A DNA stretch of 64,000 bases. Origin: Lama glama (lineage: Eukaryota). Location: positions 38,194,001-38,258,000 of the forward strand of contig CM052818.1 in NCBI GenBank assembly GCA_028534125.1, written 5' to 3'. Made by a program: the position numbers and the translations under genes. Of this stretch, positions 12,949 through 26,010 are shown piece by piece; position 1 is the first letter of the stretch; every line of letters begins with the position of its first letter. The notes under the pieces were generated by a model. That model was not told the DNA's origin. It made no database searches and was given only the letters and a program-made list of their open reading frames with translations.

Positions 12949-14638
12949 TTCTAGCATGATGAAGTGAGGAGGTCAGTAAGTTTCCTCCACAATAAGCAAC
13001 TACGAAGGTGTACAGAAGTGTCAAAACAACCTTAACACTCTGGAAATTGACCAAAAGCATAGAAAAAACAAATATTTATTTATGAAGATGATAAAAATAC
13101 AAACAGAAACAATGAGAATCTGTGATGTTGTTCCCCAGAACTGATCCTTTTCCTAGTTCTCCAGTGTGATAGTTCAACCAGTTTGGAGCAGACCAGGAAA
13201 ACCAGCAGCCTCATGGCCACTGCAGAGGGTGTGGTGATCACTTGATTTGGAGTGGTGTTGCTATGGGCTCACAAACTAGCTGGGGGTGTTAAAAGAGATT
13301 TCTACAAGACGAGGTGGTTTTGTAAGCCTTGATAATTTCTCCACATATCCTGGACGAACATAAGGCTGTGTGCGGGTGCACTATAGCCTAGAGTGGGTGC
13401 AAGCCACTAAAATATCCCTAGTGGCTGGAAACTAAATGCATGACCAGAGGAGACATGACAGGAATCATCATAAAATTAAAGCAGCAGAGAATTGAAATCA
13501 GTCTAAACTATGCATGTAGCCCCCTCTCCACACATAGATTCATGGATCCATCAGAAAAAAAAAGAAGACATTGGTTTGAGATATTTGAGCACAGTCTCTT
13601 AAATCTCTGTCTCTGAAAACACAGGCCAACACCTTGAAATCTGAACTTGAGACTAAAAAAAAAAAATACTAATCAGATATATTAATGACTATACACTGCA
13701 GAGGAGAGAGAGTTCACTGATTTAGTCCAAGTGATTTATGTTTATTAACATAAAAGTAAACAAAAACAACAATCCTAAGGGGATGGATGGATCAGAACTC
13801 AGAGTTACTATACCATAGCATCTAAAATGTATAGTATTCAACTAAATATTATAACATGTGCAAAGAAAAAGAAAGCATGATCCATACTCAAGAACTAAAA
13901 AACAAAACAAAAAACACAACAACTTATAATACATAATGTTTCTGAGTATTCCCAGATGTTGGATGCAGTAAAGGTGTTCAAGTAACTATGATACATTTGT
14001 TCAAAGAACAACAGGAAGTCATGTTTAAAGAATTAAAGGAAAGCATGTCAACAAATCAACAAATGGAGAATCTCAATAACAGAGAAATGGAAATTATTAC
14101 AAAAATGAAAGTTCTCAAGTTGAAAATAACTGAAATTTAAAACCTACTAGAGGAGCTTAATGCAATATTTGATATGGCATAAGAAAGAATCACTAAACCT
14201 AAATATACATCAATAGAAATAATCCAATCTGAAGAACTGACTGAAAAAAGATGAAAATTGAACACAGTCTCAGAGATATATAGGATAATAGGAAGCAAAC
14301 CAACAGATGTGTAATGGGAGTCACAAAAGGAGCACAGAGATTGGGTAAAAAAAATTGACACAATAATAACAAAAATATCCCACATTTGATGAAAATCATT
14401 AGTCTACAAATCTGAGAAGCTCAACAAAGTTCAAGTAAAATAAACACAAAAAGAATCATACCTAGACATGCCATATTCAAATTACTGAAAGACAAAGACA
14501 AAGAGAAATTTTGAAAGCAGCAAGAGTAAAACAAGTCATCACATACAGATGAACAATGAAAGAATAAACAGCTGACTTCTCCAAACCAATGGAGTTCAGA
14601 AGACATTAGAATGATATATTCAAAGTGCTGAAAGGGAA

Positions 14639-17031
14639 AAAATATACCTTTATTATATTGGAGGTATTTCAGGTTTTGTTTGAAAACAAGACAATATTGC
14701 AATAAAGTAAGTCACACAGTTTTCTTAGTTTCCCAGTGCACATAAAAGGTATACTATACTATACTACAGTCTATTAAGTGTGCAATAGATTACACCAAGA
14801 AGTACATATCTTAATTAAAAAACACTTTATTGCCAAAAAATGATACCCACCATTTGAGCCTTCAGCGAATTATCTTTTTGTGAGTGGGGAGTCTTGCCTC
14901 CATGTTGGTAACTGCTGACTGGTCAGGGTGGTGCTTGCTGAAGGCTGGGATGGCTGTGGCAATTTCTTAAAATAAGACAACATTGAAGTTTGCCACACCA
15001 CAAACTTTTCCTTGACTTTTCCTTTCACAAATGATTTCTCTATAGCGTGCGGTATTTGAGAGCATTTTATCCACAGTAGAACTTCTTTCAAAATTGGGTT
15101 CAATCATCTCAGAGCCTGTCACTGCTTTTTCAACTAAGATTATGTAATATTCTAAATTCTTTGTTGTCATTTCAACAATCTTCATAGACTCTTCACCTGG
15201 AATAGAGTCCATCTCAAGAAAACACTTTCTTTGCTCATCCATAAGAAACAACTCCTCATCTGTTCAAGTTTTATCATGAGATTACAGCAATTCAGTCACA
15301 TTTTCAGGCTCCACTTCTAATTCTAGGTCTTTTCGCTATTTCCAATATTTCTGCAGTTACTTGCTCCACTGAAGTCTTAAACCCCTCAAAGTCATTCATG
15401 AGGGTTGGAGTCAACTTCTTCCAAACTCCGAAAAATGTTGACATTTTGACTTCTTCCCATGAATCATTAATGTTCTTATGTTCTTAATGGCATCTAGAAT
15501 GGTGAATCCTTTCCAAAAAGCTTTCAATTTACTTCACCCAGATCCATCAGAGGAACTATAATCGATGGCAGCTATAGCTTTATAAAACGCATTTCTTAAA
15601 TAATAAGACCTGAAAGTTGAAATTACTCCTTGATCCATGGGCTACATAATGGATGTTGTGTTGGCAGGCGTGAAAACAACATTAATTTCTCACATCTCCA
15701 TCAGATCTCTTGGGTGACCAGGTGCATTGTCAATAAACATTAATATTTCAAAAGGAACCTTCTTTTTCTAAGCAATAGGTCTCAACAGTGGGCTTAGAAT
15801 ATTCAGTAAACCATGCTGCAAATAGATGTACTGTCATCTAAGCTTTGTTGCTCCATTTATAGAGCACAGGCAGAGTATATTTAGCGTAAGTCTTAAAGCC
15901 ACTAGGGTTTTTAGAACGGTAAATGAGCAGTGGCTTTGATTAAAGTCACCAGCTGCATTAGGCTCTAACAAGAGAGTCAGGGGCTCTCCTGTAGCTTTGA
16001 AGCCAGGCATCGATTTCTGTCTTTAAAGGTCCTAGATGATATCTTCTTCCAGTTTAGGGTTGTTTCATCTACATTGAAAACCTGTTGTTTATTGCAGCCC
16101 CCTTCGTTAATTATCCGAGCCAGATCTTCTGGATAACCTGCTGCAACTTCTGCATCAGCACTTGATGCTTCGCTTTACATTTTATGTTATCAAAACGGCT
16201 TCTTTCCTTAAACCTTATAAATCAATCTCTGCTAGCTTCAGACTCTTCTTCTGCGTCTTCCTCACATCTCTCAGCCTTTACAGAATGGAGGAGAGTTAGA
16301 GTCTTGTTCTGGATTAGCCTTCGGCTTAAGGGAATGTTGTGGCTGGTTTGATCTATCCAGACCACTAAAACTTTATTCATGTCAGCAACAAAGCTGCTTC
16401 TTTTCATTCATGGGTTCACTGGGGTAGCGCTTTTTGCTTTTTTAAAAGAAGTCCTTTTAAGAACTTTTTCTTTGCATTCACAACTTGGCTAACTGGAGCA
16501 AGAGGACTAGCATTTGGCCTGTCTTGGCTTTTGACATGCCTTCCTCACTAAGTTTAATTATTTCTAGCTTTTAATTTAAATACAACTCTTCCTTTCACTT
16601 GAACACTTAAGAGCCATTGAAGGGTTACTAAGTGACCTAATTTCAATAATATTGTGCCTCAGGGAACAGAGGCCTGAAAAGAGGGAGTGAGACAGGGAAA
16701 TGACTGGTCAGTGGAGCAGTCAGAACATACACAATATTTACTGATTATATTCTTCATCTTATATTAGTGTGGTTCGTGGCTCCCAAAGCAGTTATAATAG
16801 TAACATCATGACCACTGATCACAGATCATCATAACAAGTGTAATCATAATGAGCAAGTTGGAAATGTGAGAATTACTAAAACGTGACATAGAGATGAAGT
16901 GAGAAATTGCTGTTGGAGAAACAGCACCAACAGGCTTGCTCAGAATAGGACTGCCACAAACCTCCAATCTGTAAAAACACAGTATCTCCAAAGTGCTAAA
17001 AAGCGAAGCCCAATAAAACGAATTACGCCTG
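14639..17031 (-). mobile_element. Tigger1 (TcMar/pogo DNA transposon), essentially full length (about 2.4 kb)
   Basis: Minus strand begins CAGGCGTAATTCGTTTTATTGGGCTTCGC at 17031 flanked by TA (17032-17033); the other end is degraded ('aatatacctt...caatattgcaataaagtaagtcacac'); transposase remnants inside. Confidence 0.95.
14870..16617 (-). pseudogene. decayed Tigger1 transposase (CENP-B-type HTH + DDE)
   Basis: ATG at 16617; ORF pieces ADMNKVLVVWIDQTSHNIPLS...AERCEEDAEEESEASR (16222-16407) and [19 protein letters not shown]...[18 protein letters not shown]...[13 protein letters not shown] (14967-15251) match recalled Tigger1/TIGD1 protein; broken by frameshifts and stops. Confidence 0.9.
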
Positions 17032-20000
17032 TAAATCAAGCAAGCATTCTAATATGCAGGAAAGTTATCATTCAAATATGAAGCCAAAATAAATATATTC
17101 ACAGATACATAGAGACTGAGAAAATCCATTTCTAGCATACTTAAATCACCAAAAAGACAAAAAGAAATCTTTCAGGCTGAAAGGAAGTGACACTTGAGGG
17201 TAGCTCAAATCCAAAAGAAGAAATAAAGAGCACTGGAAATGGTAAATGCTTTGCTCTATAAATTTATATTTTATCATTTTTTTCTCTTAAATTTTTAAAA
17301 TACAAAAGATGGAATAAAAGTAAAAACAAGTTTTTGTGTTTATAATATATAGATATAACATAAAAATATTCGCACAAAGAGGGATGAAAGGAGATATACT
17401 GGAGAAGAGAGTCTGCATTTTACTGCAATTAAGTTAGCATTATTTTGAAGTAGCTTGGGATATATTCAAAATATACCTTGTAATCCTGAGAGCAATTGCT
17501 AAGAAAATAACTAAAGATAGGCAGTAAAAAAATTAATATAGGAATTCAAATGACAGTTGTAAAGTATTGACTTTAAAAAAGATAGTAAAGAAAGGGGAAA
17601 CAAAAAAAGACCAATGATAAACAAATATCAAAACTGTACAAGTAAAGCCAAACATATTACATTAAATGTGAAAAGTCTACACAACCCCATTCAAATATCA
17701 TGGAAGTCAGACTGCGTAGAAAAGCAAACCCGCTAACTGCTGTCTACAAGAGATGCATATTAGATTCAAAGACATAAATATGTTGAAAATAAAATAATGG
17801 AAAAATTAAACAAATAACATGTAACGGTGACCATTAAAAAAGCTAGAGTGATTATATTCATATTACATATAACGGACTTTCAGACAAGAATTTTTACAAA
17901 GATGGACATTTCATAACAATAGAAACATCATTAGAGATTATATTAAAATTATAAATACATGTACACCTATCAATAAAGCCCAAAAATACATGAAGCAAAA
18001 ACTGGCAGAATTGAAAGAGGAAATAGACAATTTAACAACAATAGTTAGAGATTTCAATGGCCTACTCTCAAAAATTGTTAAAACAAAAAGCTAGAAAGAA
18101 ATTAGCATTGGCATAATGACTAAAATGACACTATCAAACAACTTGCTCCAACCCACATCAACAGGACACCTCAACCAAAGTCTGCAAAATGCACTTTTTT
18201 CAAGTACACATAAAACATTCTCCAACTTGCTGAGCCATAAAACAATTCCCCAAAAGTTGAAAAGATTGAAAATATATGAAGCATAATCTCTGACCTCTTG
18301 AAGTTAAATTGTTAATCTACAACGGAAACAAATCTGAGACAGCTCCAATATACAGACATTAAACAACACACTTTAAATAACCCATGTCAAAGGAGAAATC
18401 ATAAAACAATGTGAACTACTGGAACTATGAAAACACATTATATTTATGGAATACAGCTGAAGTCTTAGAGGTTCTGAAACTTTAAATGCCTTTATCAGAA
18501 AAGAAAAAAGTCTCAGATCAATCACCTATGCTTCCACGTTGTCAAGTTACAAAAAGAAGAGCAAAATAAACTCAAAGCAAGAATAAGCAAGAAAGTACTA
18601 AATATTAGAGTAAATCACTGACAATGTTAAGAAAACAGGAACACAATAGAGAAAATCACAAAACCAAAAGCTGATTTAAAAAAAAAAAACAATAAAATTG
18701 ATAAACCCTTAGGTAGGCTGACAAGAAAATAAAACAAAAGTAACAAATTGCCAAAATCAGTGATGAAAAATGGTTTATTAAAAAAAACCTTATTAAGAGG
18801 TTTATAAGGAAATATTAGCTTAACTAAATGCCAATAAATTAGACAAATCAGAATATATGGGTAAATTCTTAGAAAGATACACATGATCAAAATTCACTCA
18901 GAAAAAAAGCAGAAATAGAATGGAATAAACCTATAAAATTTAAGGAAATTGAAATAGTAATTTAAAATATTCTCACAGAGAAAATTTTAGGCATGGGGGG
19001 GTTTCACTGACGAATTATACCAAAGGTTTAAAGAAGAAAAGATACCATTTCTTCACAAGCTCTTCCAGAAAATATACTGAAAAGGAGTACTTCCAAAGTC
19101 ATTATTCATGGCCTGTGTTACCATGACAACATAAACTTACAAAGACATCCAGAAAAGAAACTACAGACCAATAGCCATCATGAATAGAGATGTATGTATC
19201 TTTAACAAAATATTAGCACACTGAATTCAGCAGTATTTAGTAAGGATTATACATCATGGCCAAGTGGAACTTATAGCAGGAATGCAAAGTTGGCTAAATA
19301 TATGAAAATCAATTACTGTAATGTGCTGAAAGAAAGGACAAAACCGACACGATAATCCCAAAGGATGCAAAGAGCTTGTGAAAAAAAAGTCAACACCCTT
19401 TCATAATAATATTTCACTACAAAATAGGAATAGTGGTATTGTCCTTAAAATCCAAAAAAAAAAAAAAATCAAAAAAAAACTTTCATCTAACATTATACTT
19501 ATTGGTGAAAAACTAAATGCTTTCCCCCAAAGGTGAGGAAAAAGGCAAAGATGTTCTGCTCTGCTCTCTTCATTTGTATTTAACATTGTACTGGCGACTT
19601 TAGCCAATACATTAAGGCAAGAGGAAGGAGGGGTGGGTGGAGGGGAACAGGGAGAAGAAATTAAGGGAATTCAAATCTGAGAAGATCAAACAGTCTTTAT
19701 TTGCAGATGACATAATCCATATGTAAAGGATCCTACTCTCACACACAAAAAAGAGTCCTTCTCTCACACACAAAACAACTTACCAGAATGAATAAATGAG
19801 TTTAGCAAGGTCATGAGATACAAGATTAATACCTAAAATCAACTGAATTTTAACTAGCAATGAGCAATCAGAAAATAAAATCAAGAAAACAATTCCACTC
19901 AGAATAGCATCAAAATAATAATAAACATTGGAAAAGGTTTAAAACACGATGTACAAGATTTTATGTTGAATACCATAAAACACTGCTGGAACAAATTAAA

Positions 20001-20544
20001 TTTAAATAAATGAAGACACATGCCATGTTCATGGATTGAAATATTTTCTCCAAATTGATCTATACATTTAATTAAATCTTTGTCAAAATTCCTGCAAGAT
20101 TTTTTCATAGAAAACAGCAAGCTACATTTAAAATGAAAAGATTTAGAAGAGCCAAAACAATTTTTCAAAAGAACAACAAATTTGAAGGGCTTAAATTACC
20201 ATATTTGAAAATTTACTATAAAGCAACAGTAAAGGAGACAGTGTGTTATTGGCGTAAGGATAAGCACATAGATCAATGAAACTAACTGAGAGTCCAAAAA
20301 TAAATTCTTATGTTTATGGTCAATTTTTTTGACAAAGGCATTTCAATAAACAAATGATATTGACTGGTATAATTACACAGCCACATGCAAAAGAATGAAT
20401 TTAGGTGCTTACCAAAAATGCACTTGGTATCAATCACTAACCTAAATATAAGTGCTGAAACTATTAAAACTTTTCAAAGACAACATAAGAGTGAAATTTC
20501 AAGATTTTGGATTAGGCAAAGAGTTATTAGATACAAAGCCAAAG

Positions 20545-20730
20545 GCTAGATATATTTTTAAATATATGTATAGGTAAAATAGTAATTTATAATGTGCAAT
20601 ATTATATATTGTTAATTTATTATAGAAATGATCATAATTTATGATTATATAGTATTATATAATTCATTCTTTTATTATTTAAAATAAATGATATACTTCA
20701 TTAAATTATACTTCATTAAAATGAGAAATA
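20545..20730. repeat. AT-rich low-complexity tract within L1 ORF2
   Basis: Near-pure A/T sequence with the short direct repeat 'atacttcattaaa'. Confidence 0.7.
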
Positions 20731-22134
20731 TTAATACTTCAAAAGACACCATTAAGTAAATGAAATGACAAGGCACAGACTGAGAGAAAATATTCGGAAG
20801 TTATATATCTGATAAAGGACTTCCATCCATAATACATATTGTATAACATACTGTATAATGTACAATTTAATAATAGCATAATATTTTATAGCATAATAGT
20901 ATATGACAACTCAAAAATAAGAAAAGTGACCTATAATTGATAAAAACTTATACTGCATATACCAAATAACACATTCAAAGGGCTAATAAGCACATGAAAA
21001 TTTGCTACACATTTGTTAGGTAATAAGTTAAACCTACAATGAAATACCACTACATACCTAGAAGAATGATTATAATCAAATAGTCTGATCATACTAAGTT
21101 TTGGAAAAGTTGTAGAGAAACTGAAACCCTCACACAGTGCTGTAGAAACATAAAGTGGTTATAGCCAATTTGGAAATCAGTTTGGCAATTTCTTAAAAAA
21201 TGAAACATAAACTTACCATATGACCCAGCAATTCCACTCATAGTAATGTACCATAGAGAAAGGAAAACATGCCCACACAATAATTTTATACCCAAATGTT
21301 CATAGAAGCATTTTTCTATAATGGTCAAAAACTAAACAATCCAAGTATCCATCAAATGTTAAGTGGGTAATATAATAAAATATGATACATATCCACAACT
21401 ATTTAGTAATATAAAGCAATGAAATACTGATACATGTTGCAACATGTATAAACCTTAAAAGCATTGCACTAAATGAAAAAAGCCAGACAACAAAGAGTAC
21501 AAATTGTAGGATTTCATTTATATGAAATGTCTAAAACAGGTAACTTTATAGATACAGAAAGCAGATCGATGGTTGTCTGACAGGGGTACCCTTTGCAGTG
21601 GAGAATGACTGCAAATGAGCTCACGGGGAATTTTTAGAGTCGTAAAGGATCACAGTGACAGTTGCACATCTCCATAAATTCAATAAATATCATTGATTTG
21701 TATACTTATAAAAAGTGAGTAAGAATCAGTCAGTTTCTGCTCTCAAACGTCACCTATTAACCCTTTTGATGGATGCAGAATGAAGTACTCAGGTATGGTC
21801 TTACACAAAGGCAAAGAGCTAGGTTTTTAAAAGAAAACGGTAACACTAAAATTTAAATCCAGTATTGAAAATGACAAATTGGCATGTGCAAATCCAGTCA
21901 ATATTATTTGAAGCCATGCAAATAAGACTTTTATAGATGCCCCAAAATATTTAAGTGACATGCTACTCCTTTCTGAAAGGACATAAGGTAATAGATGGTA
22001 CCAACATTTTGAAGCTAGGTTAGCTCACTTCAGCATCCTTCATTGAGACTGAATTAATGGCAAGGACTGTGTACGTTCTAAAGATTCGAACAAGACAAAG
22101 TTCAGCTTCCTTTACAAGTCCTGGCCTACTAAAT

Positions 22135-22265
22135 ACTCCTTGTGGACCTCGGGCAAAACACTTGACTCCCCTGAGTACCAGCTCCCCTCTCTGTAAAATA
22201 GGGATGCAATGAGAAAACATATATGAACTGTATGGAATGCACACAGAAAATGTTTCGTGCTAACT
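22135..22265 (+). mobile_element. MIR SINE
   Basis: 'gacctcgggcaaaacacttgactcccctgagtaccagctcccctctctgtaaaataggga'. Confidence 0.75.
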
Positions 22266-22744
22266 ACATTTCTGAAATAAGTGGTAAGTGGCTGTGGTTT
22301 TAATAACTGTGGGTTTTTCAGGGAGTTGCAACTAAATGCTGGCTTCATTACAGGGATTTGGAGAAAGTAACAGATGTTCTTTGAACAGAAACCTGCTGAG
22401 ATAAGCCATCCAAAGTGTCCAACCAGGTAAATGAGATGAGTCATGATTGACATTATTTCTTACCTGTGGAGTTCCACTGTTGGTTTCCAAATTTGGAGCT
22501 TTGTTTCTGAAAAGAAGCACAACAGAATGTCAAGGAGCTGTTCCTCTCAAAGCCATAAAGCTGTCTAGGCTTCCTGGAAGCTCATGAGAGCCAGAGCTCC
22601 CAGGCTGGGAATCAGAAAAGCAGGGAGGAACTGCAGTGAGTGTAGAAGTGAAAGATTCCAGGAAGGGGAGACGGCCAGATGCCTGGCAATGCAGTCAAGG
22701 CACAATGCAAAATCCTGAGGACACACTAGTGCTCAATGAAACCC

Positions 22745-22930
22745 AGCTGACCAAATATGTCTGAAGCTTAAGTTATGCCTAAAACTATTCCAGGACCTAG
22801 AGCTATAGAGTCAAAAATAAGACCTGGTCCCTCCCTTTAAGAAGTTCACAGATATGTAGGAGAGATAGATGTTAACAAATAATAATAAATGTGAGAAATG
22901 CAACAATTGGAATAGATACCGGGAAAGAAC
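22745..22930 (-). mobile_element. L2 fragment
   Basis: 'aataagacctggtccctccctttaagaagttcacag...ggagagatagatgttaacaaataat'. Confidence 0.6.
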
Positions 22931-23069
22931 AGTCGATCACTTCAGGTTAAGCCACCCAATTTTACAAATTCTAGCAATTGAAAGGATTTTTATGCATCGA
23001 GGAAAATTGCAATATAACAAACCCTAAAAGCTGATTTAACAATTGGGTTTCCAGAGAACACTTCTTTTT

Positions 23070-23560
23070 GTGCTATTAGTCAGGATTTGGGGGCTGAAAG
23101 TGCTAGAAATACAAAACCAAATTAGTTTCAACAAAATAGGCAAGCTTTGAGAAAGGTAGGGGGTAGGTATCTCTGGGCTTCAGAGATAACCAGATGACTG
23201 TGTGGTCTCAAATACCACCCAGGATTTCTTTCTATGTCCCCTTCTCTCTGTATGTCAGTTTCTTTCTCTCCAATCCGCTGCTTCTGTGCAACCAAAACCA
23301 TGACTACTGTGACCTCCAAAATTTATGTTTCAAGTTCTCCATGGAGAGAAGGTCTGACACTTGCACTTTCTAAATTGATTCAAAAATCTAGAGAAGCATG
23401 ATTCTAACATGGGCGGAGTTACCATCCTTGTGGCTAGAAATGTGAGAAATGTGGAGCCTTCACACCAGAATTACATGATTCATATGGAAGAAGAGAATTT
23501 CTTAAAAGGAGGAAGGTACATTTCTCAGAAGAAGGGGCAGCTGTGTACAAGCAGAAAAAG
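23070..23560 (-). mobile_element. old MaLR solo LTR (MLT1J/K/L-like)
   Basis: Begins 'tgctattagtcaggatttgggggctgaaagtgctagaaatacaaaaccaaattagtttcaacaaaa', like the reverse MLT1 3' end. Confidence 0.55.
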
Positions 23561-25334
23561 TAACCCTTTTTCACTACATTGTTTTGCTTTAAATTCCAAT
23601 CCATCCTTTTTCACATTTCTTGAATCTTGCCCCTGACCCCATCCCCTGTTCAATCCTGTGACAAATCTCCCGTCTCTACCCACCCCATACGGACCTGTTT
23701 TAAAAGTCAGGCTTTGTAAGGACTAGGCAACATGACTTCTAGATGCTGTGCACCTCTGGGAATGGGAATATTAATTAAGAAAGAGATCACAAAAGACAGA
23801 ATTACTCCTGGAGAGGGAATCCAAGGAGCCAATACTGAAGGAGCTAGTGAAACATGGAGGAAATGGAGTATAATGACGCATCCAGTAATTAAAGAGGCAT
23901 TTTACGTGATCTAGAGAACACAAAACCCTCTTGACAGATATTCTGAGTAATCAACTTTCTTTACCAAGTATAAGCTCTGAGTGCTTCCGATAATACATTA
24001 CATTTAATCATTTTTCCCTGTTACACATAATGGCACATTAAACACAAATAAAGAATAGTAGTGATTATCTTCCCAATGAAATATGGAGTAAAAACCATTT
24101 CTGCAATCCCAATGACTTGTTTGTCTTTAATAAGACAAGTGCATGTGGATGCATGTGTGTTGAGGAGGGGCAACAGGCAATGTCAATCAATTGTATTCAT
24201 AAACACAGCTTAGAGGCAGACCCTGCATAATTTAGACTCTCCCCTGGCTTGCTGCTCCTGCAAGCAGGCATGCTTATGTTGCATTACCATTTTGATTGAA
24301 TGAACAGGGTCAATAATGTCACTTTTTCTCATCCAAGGAAAGAAAATTATTCTGAATCCAATCATCAATCAATGGATGTAATCAGTCTGCTTAAAACACC
24401 TTGGATTCTCTATTTCTAGGAACACAATTGTAAAAGACATAGTTTGGGCTGACTCGTTAATTCTACTGCATCACAACTAAAATGTTAAAAGGCCACCTAG
24501 AATTCAACATGTGCTCTGCTATTAACAAGATTATGGCAAGGGATTCATTTGAGAAGTTAGAGTCTGCACTCTGAGACCTCTAGTATCTGCATTCATCTGC
24601 ATATAATTGTTTATCCATTACTTTGCCATACCATACAGCTACACTATTTTTCTATAATTTCTGGAGGTTAATGGCTTTTTTTCCCCCTCTAAATTCAAGC
24701 TCAACACAAACTGACACTAAAGTCAAGAAAATGTGCTTTCCAGAGTGCTGTAACAACAGTTGGCAGTCTGTACATTGTGAAAAATGTATTTGATCAAGGA
24801 ACTTTTGCTAGCAGCATGCCAATGGATCCACACTGATTTCCTTGAGAAATAAAGAAATTAATCCTCATCTTCCATTTAGGGAGAGAAAACAGACTGAGAC
24901 ATCTTGCACCGTACAGATCTCTGACTTAGCCTTCACTCAACCTTTTGTGCAAGTAAATATAATTGCTGAGCAAAAGAGAGGAACAAAAGAGCAGATTTTC
25001 AATCTCTCCCTGAATGGCCAGAATAATCAGCAGGCAGCTGGAGATGAGTGGGTTTCAATTGTAGCTATCATGTTCATGAATCCTCTGACGAGGCACAAGT
25101 GTCGGGAGACCTGGGCAGTGCGGCATGATTAAACAATGTGGCTAGGCAAACTCACCCGACACTATCTGGATGTCTGCTCCTGGTACAAACATCAGCTACT
25201 TCCTCTCCTTTCTTTCAGTCATTGTGTATGTGCTTTTTGTTTCTTAAATAGTAATAGAGAAATAGTATTTCCAAAAATGTTTCAACTGAGTACCTCAATG
25301 TTGGGAAAAAACAGATACATATTAAAAGTTATTT

Positions 25335-25420
25335 TTAAACATACTGAGGCGGAAGTACAGAAAGGCAAAACTGAGATGCCAAAAATGTTGCAAGTCATTG
25401 GTGAGCTAGGACTGGAGTCA
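25335..25420 (-). mobile_element. MIR fragment
   Basis: 'actgaggcggaagt...gagatgccaaaaatgttgcaagtcattggtgagctaggactggagtcacag'. Confidence 0.45.
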
Positions 25421-25469
25421 CAGAATGGTCTAGGGACATCTGCTAACATGAGAAGGCCTAAATTCAGCT

Positions 25470-26010
25470 TTTAAAAAATTGTTTTAATTGTGATTAAAAT
25501 ACAAATAACACAAAATATGACCTTTTAACTATTTTTAAGTATACACTTCAGTGGCACTAGTTACATTCACGCTGTTGTACAACCATAATCACTATCTACT
25601 TGCAAATCTTTTCTATCACCCTAAACAGAAACTCTTACTCATTAAGCAATGACTCCCCATTACCTGCTCCTCCAGCTTCTACTTTTTGTTTCTATGAATT
25701 TGCCTATTCTAGATACTTCATGTAAGTGGAATTGTACAATATTTGTCCCTTTGTGACTGACCTATTGTTATCCTCAGCATATTGTTTTCAAGGTTCATCC
25801 ATGTTGTAACGTGTGTCAGAACTTCATTTTTTTTAAAGTTAAATAATATTCCATATGTATAAATGTGCCACATTTTGTTTATCTATTAATGTGTTGATGG
25901 GTATTGGGCTGTTTCCATCTTGTAACTATTGTGAATAATGCTCCCATGAATGCTGGTGTACAAACATCTGCTCCAGTCTCTGTTCTCAATTTTTTTTTTT
26001 GTATATACAT
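25470..26010 (-). mobile_element. L1 3' end (L1MB-like)
   Basis: 'tttttaagtatacacttcagtggcactagttacattcacgctgttgtacaacca...tctatgaatttgcctattctagatacttcatgtaagtggaat'. Confidence 0.9.

Larger units (their letters stand above)
12950..21712 (+). mobile_element. near-full-length ancient L1 (L1ME-like), decayed, interrupted by Tigger1
   Basis: 5' UTR-like start 'catgatgaagtgaggaggtcag...ctctggaaattgaccaaaagcatag'; ORF1-like region about 13980-14640 continuing 17034-17230; ORF2 endonuclease/RT-like region about 17640-21300 (e.g. 'tttatttgcagatgacataat', the LFADD RT motif, near 19696); 3' UTR 'gagaatgactgcaaatgagctcacggggaattttt...tcattgatttgtatactta'. Many stops and frameshifts. Confidence 0.9.

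Noticed and set aside
14137..21328. Hydrophobic Phe/Leu/Ile-rich minus-strand ORFs resembling membrane proteins
   Set aside because: They are antisense translations of A-rich L1 sequence
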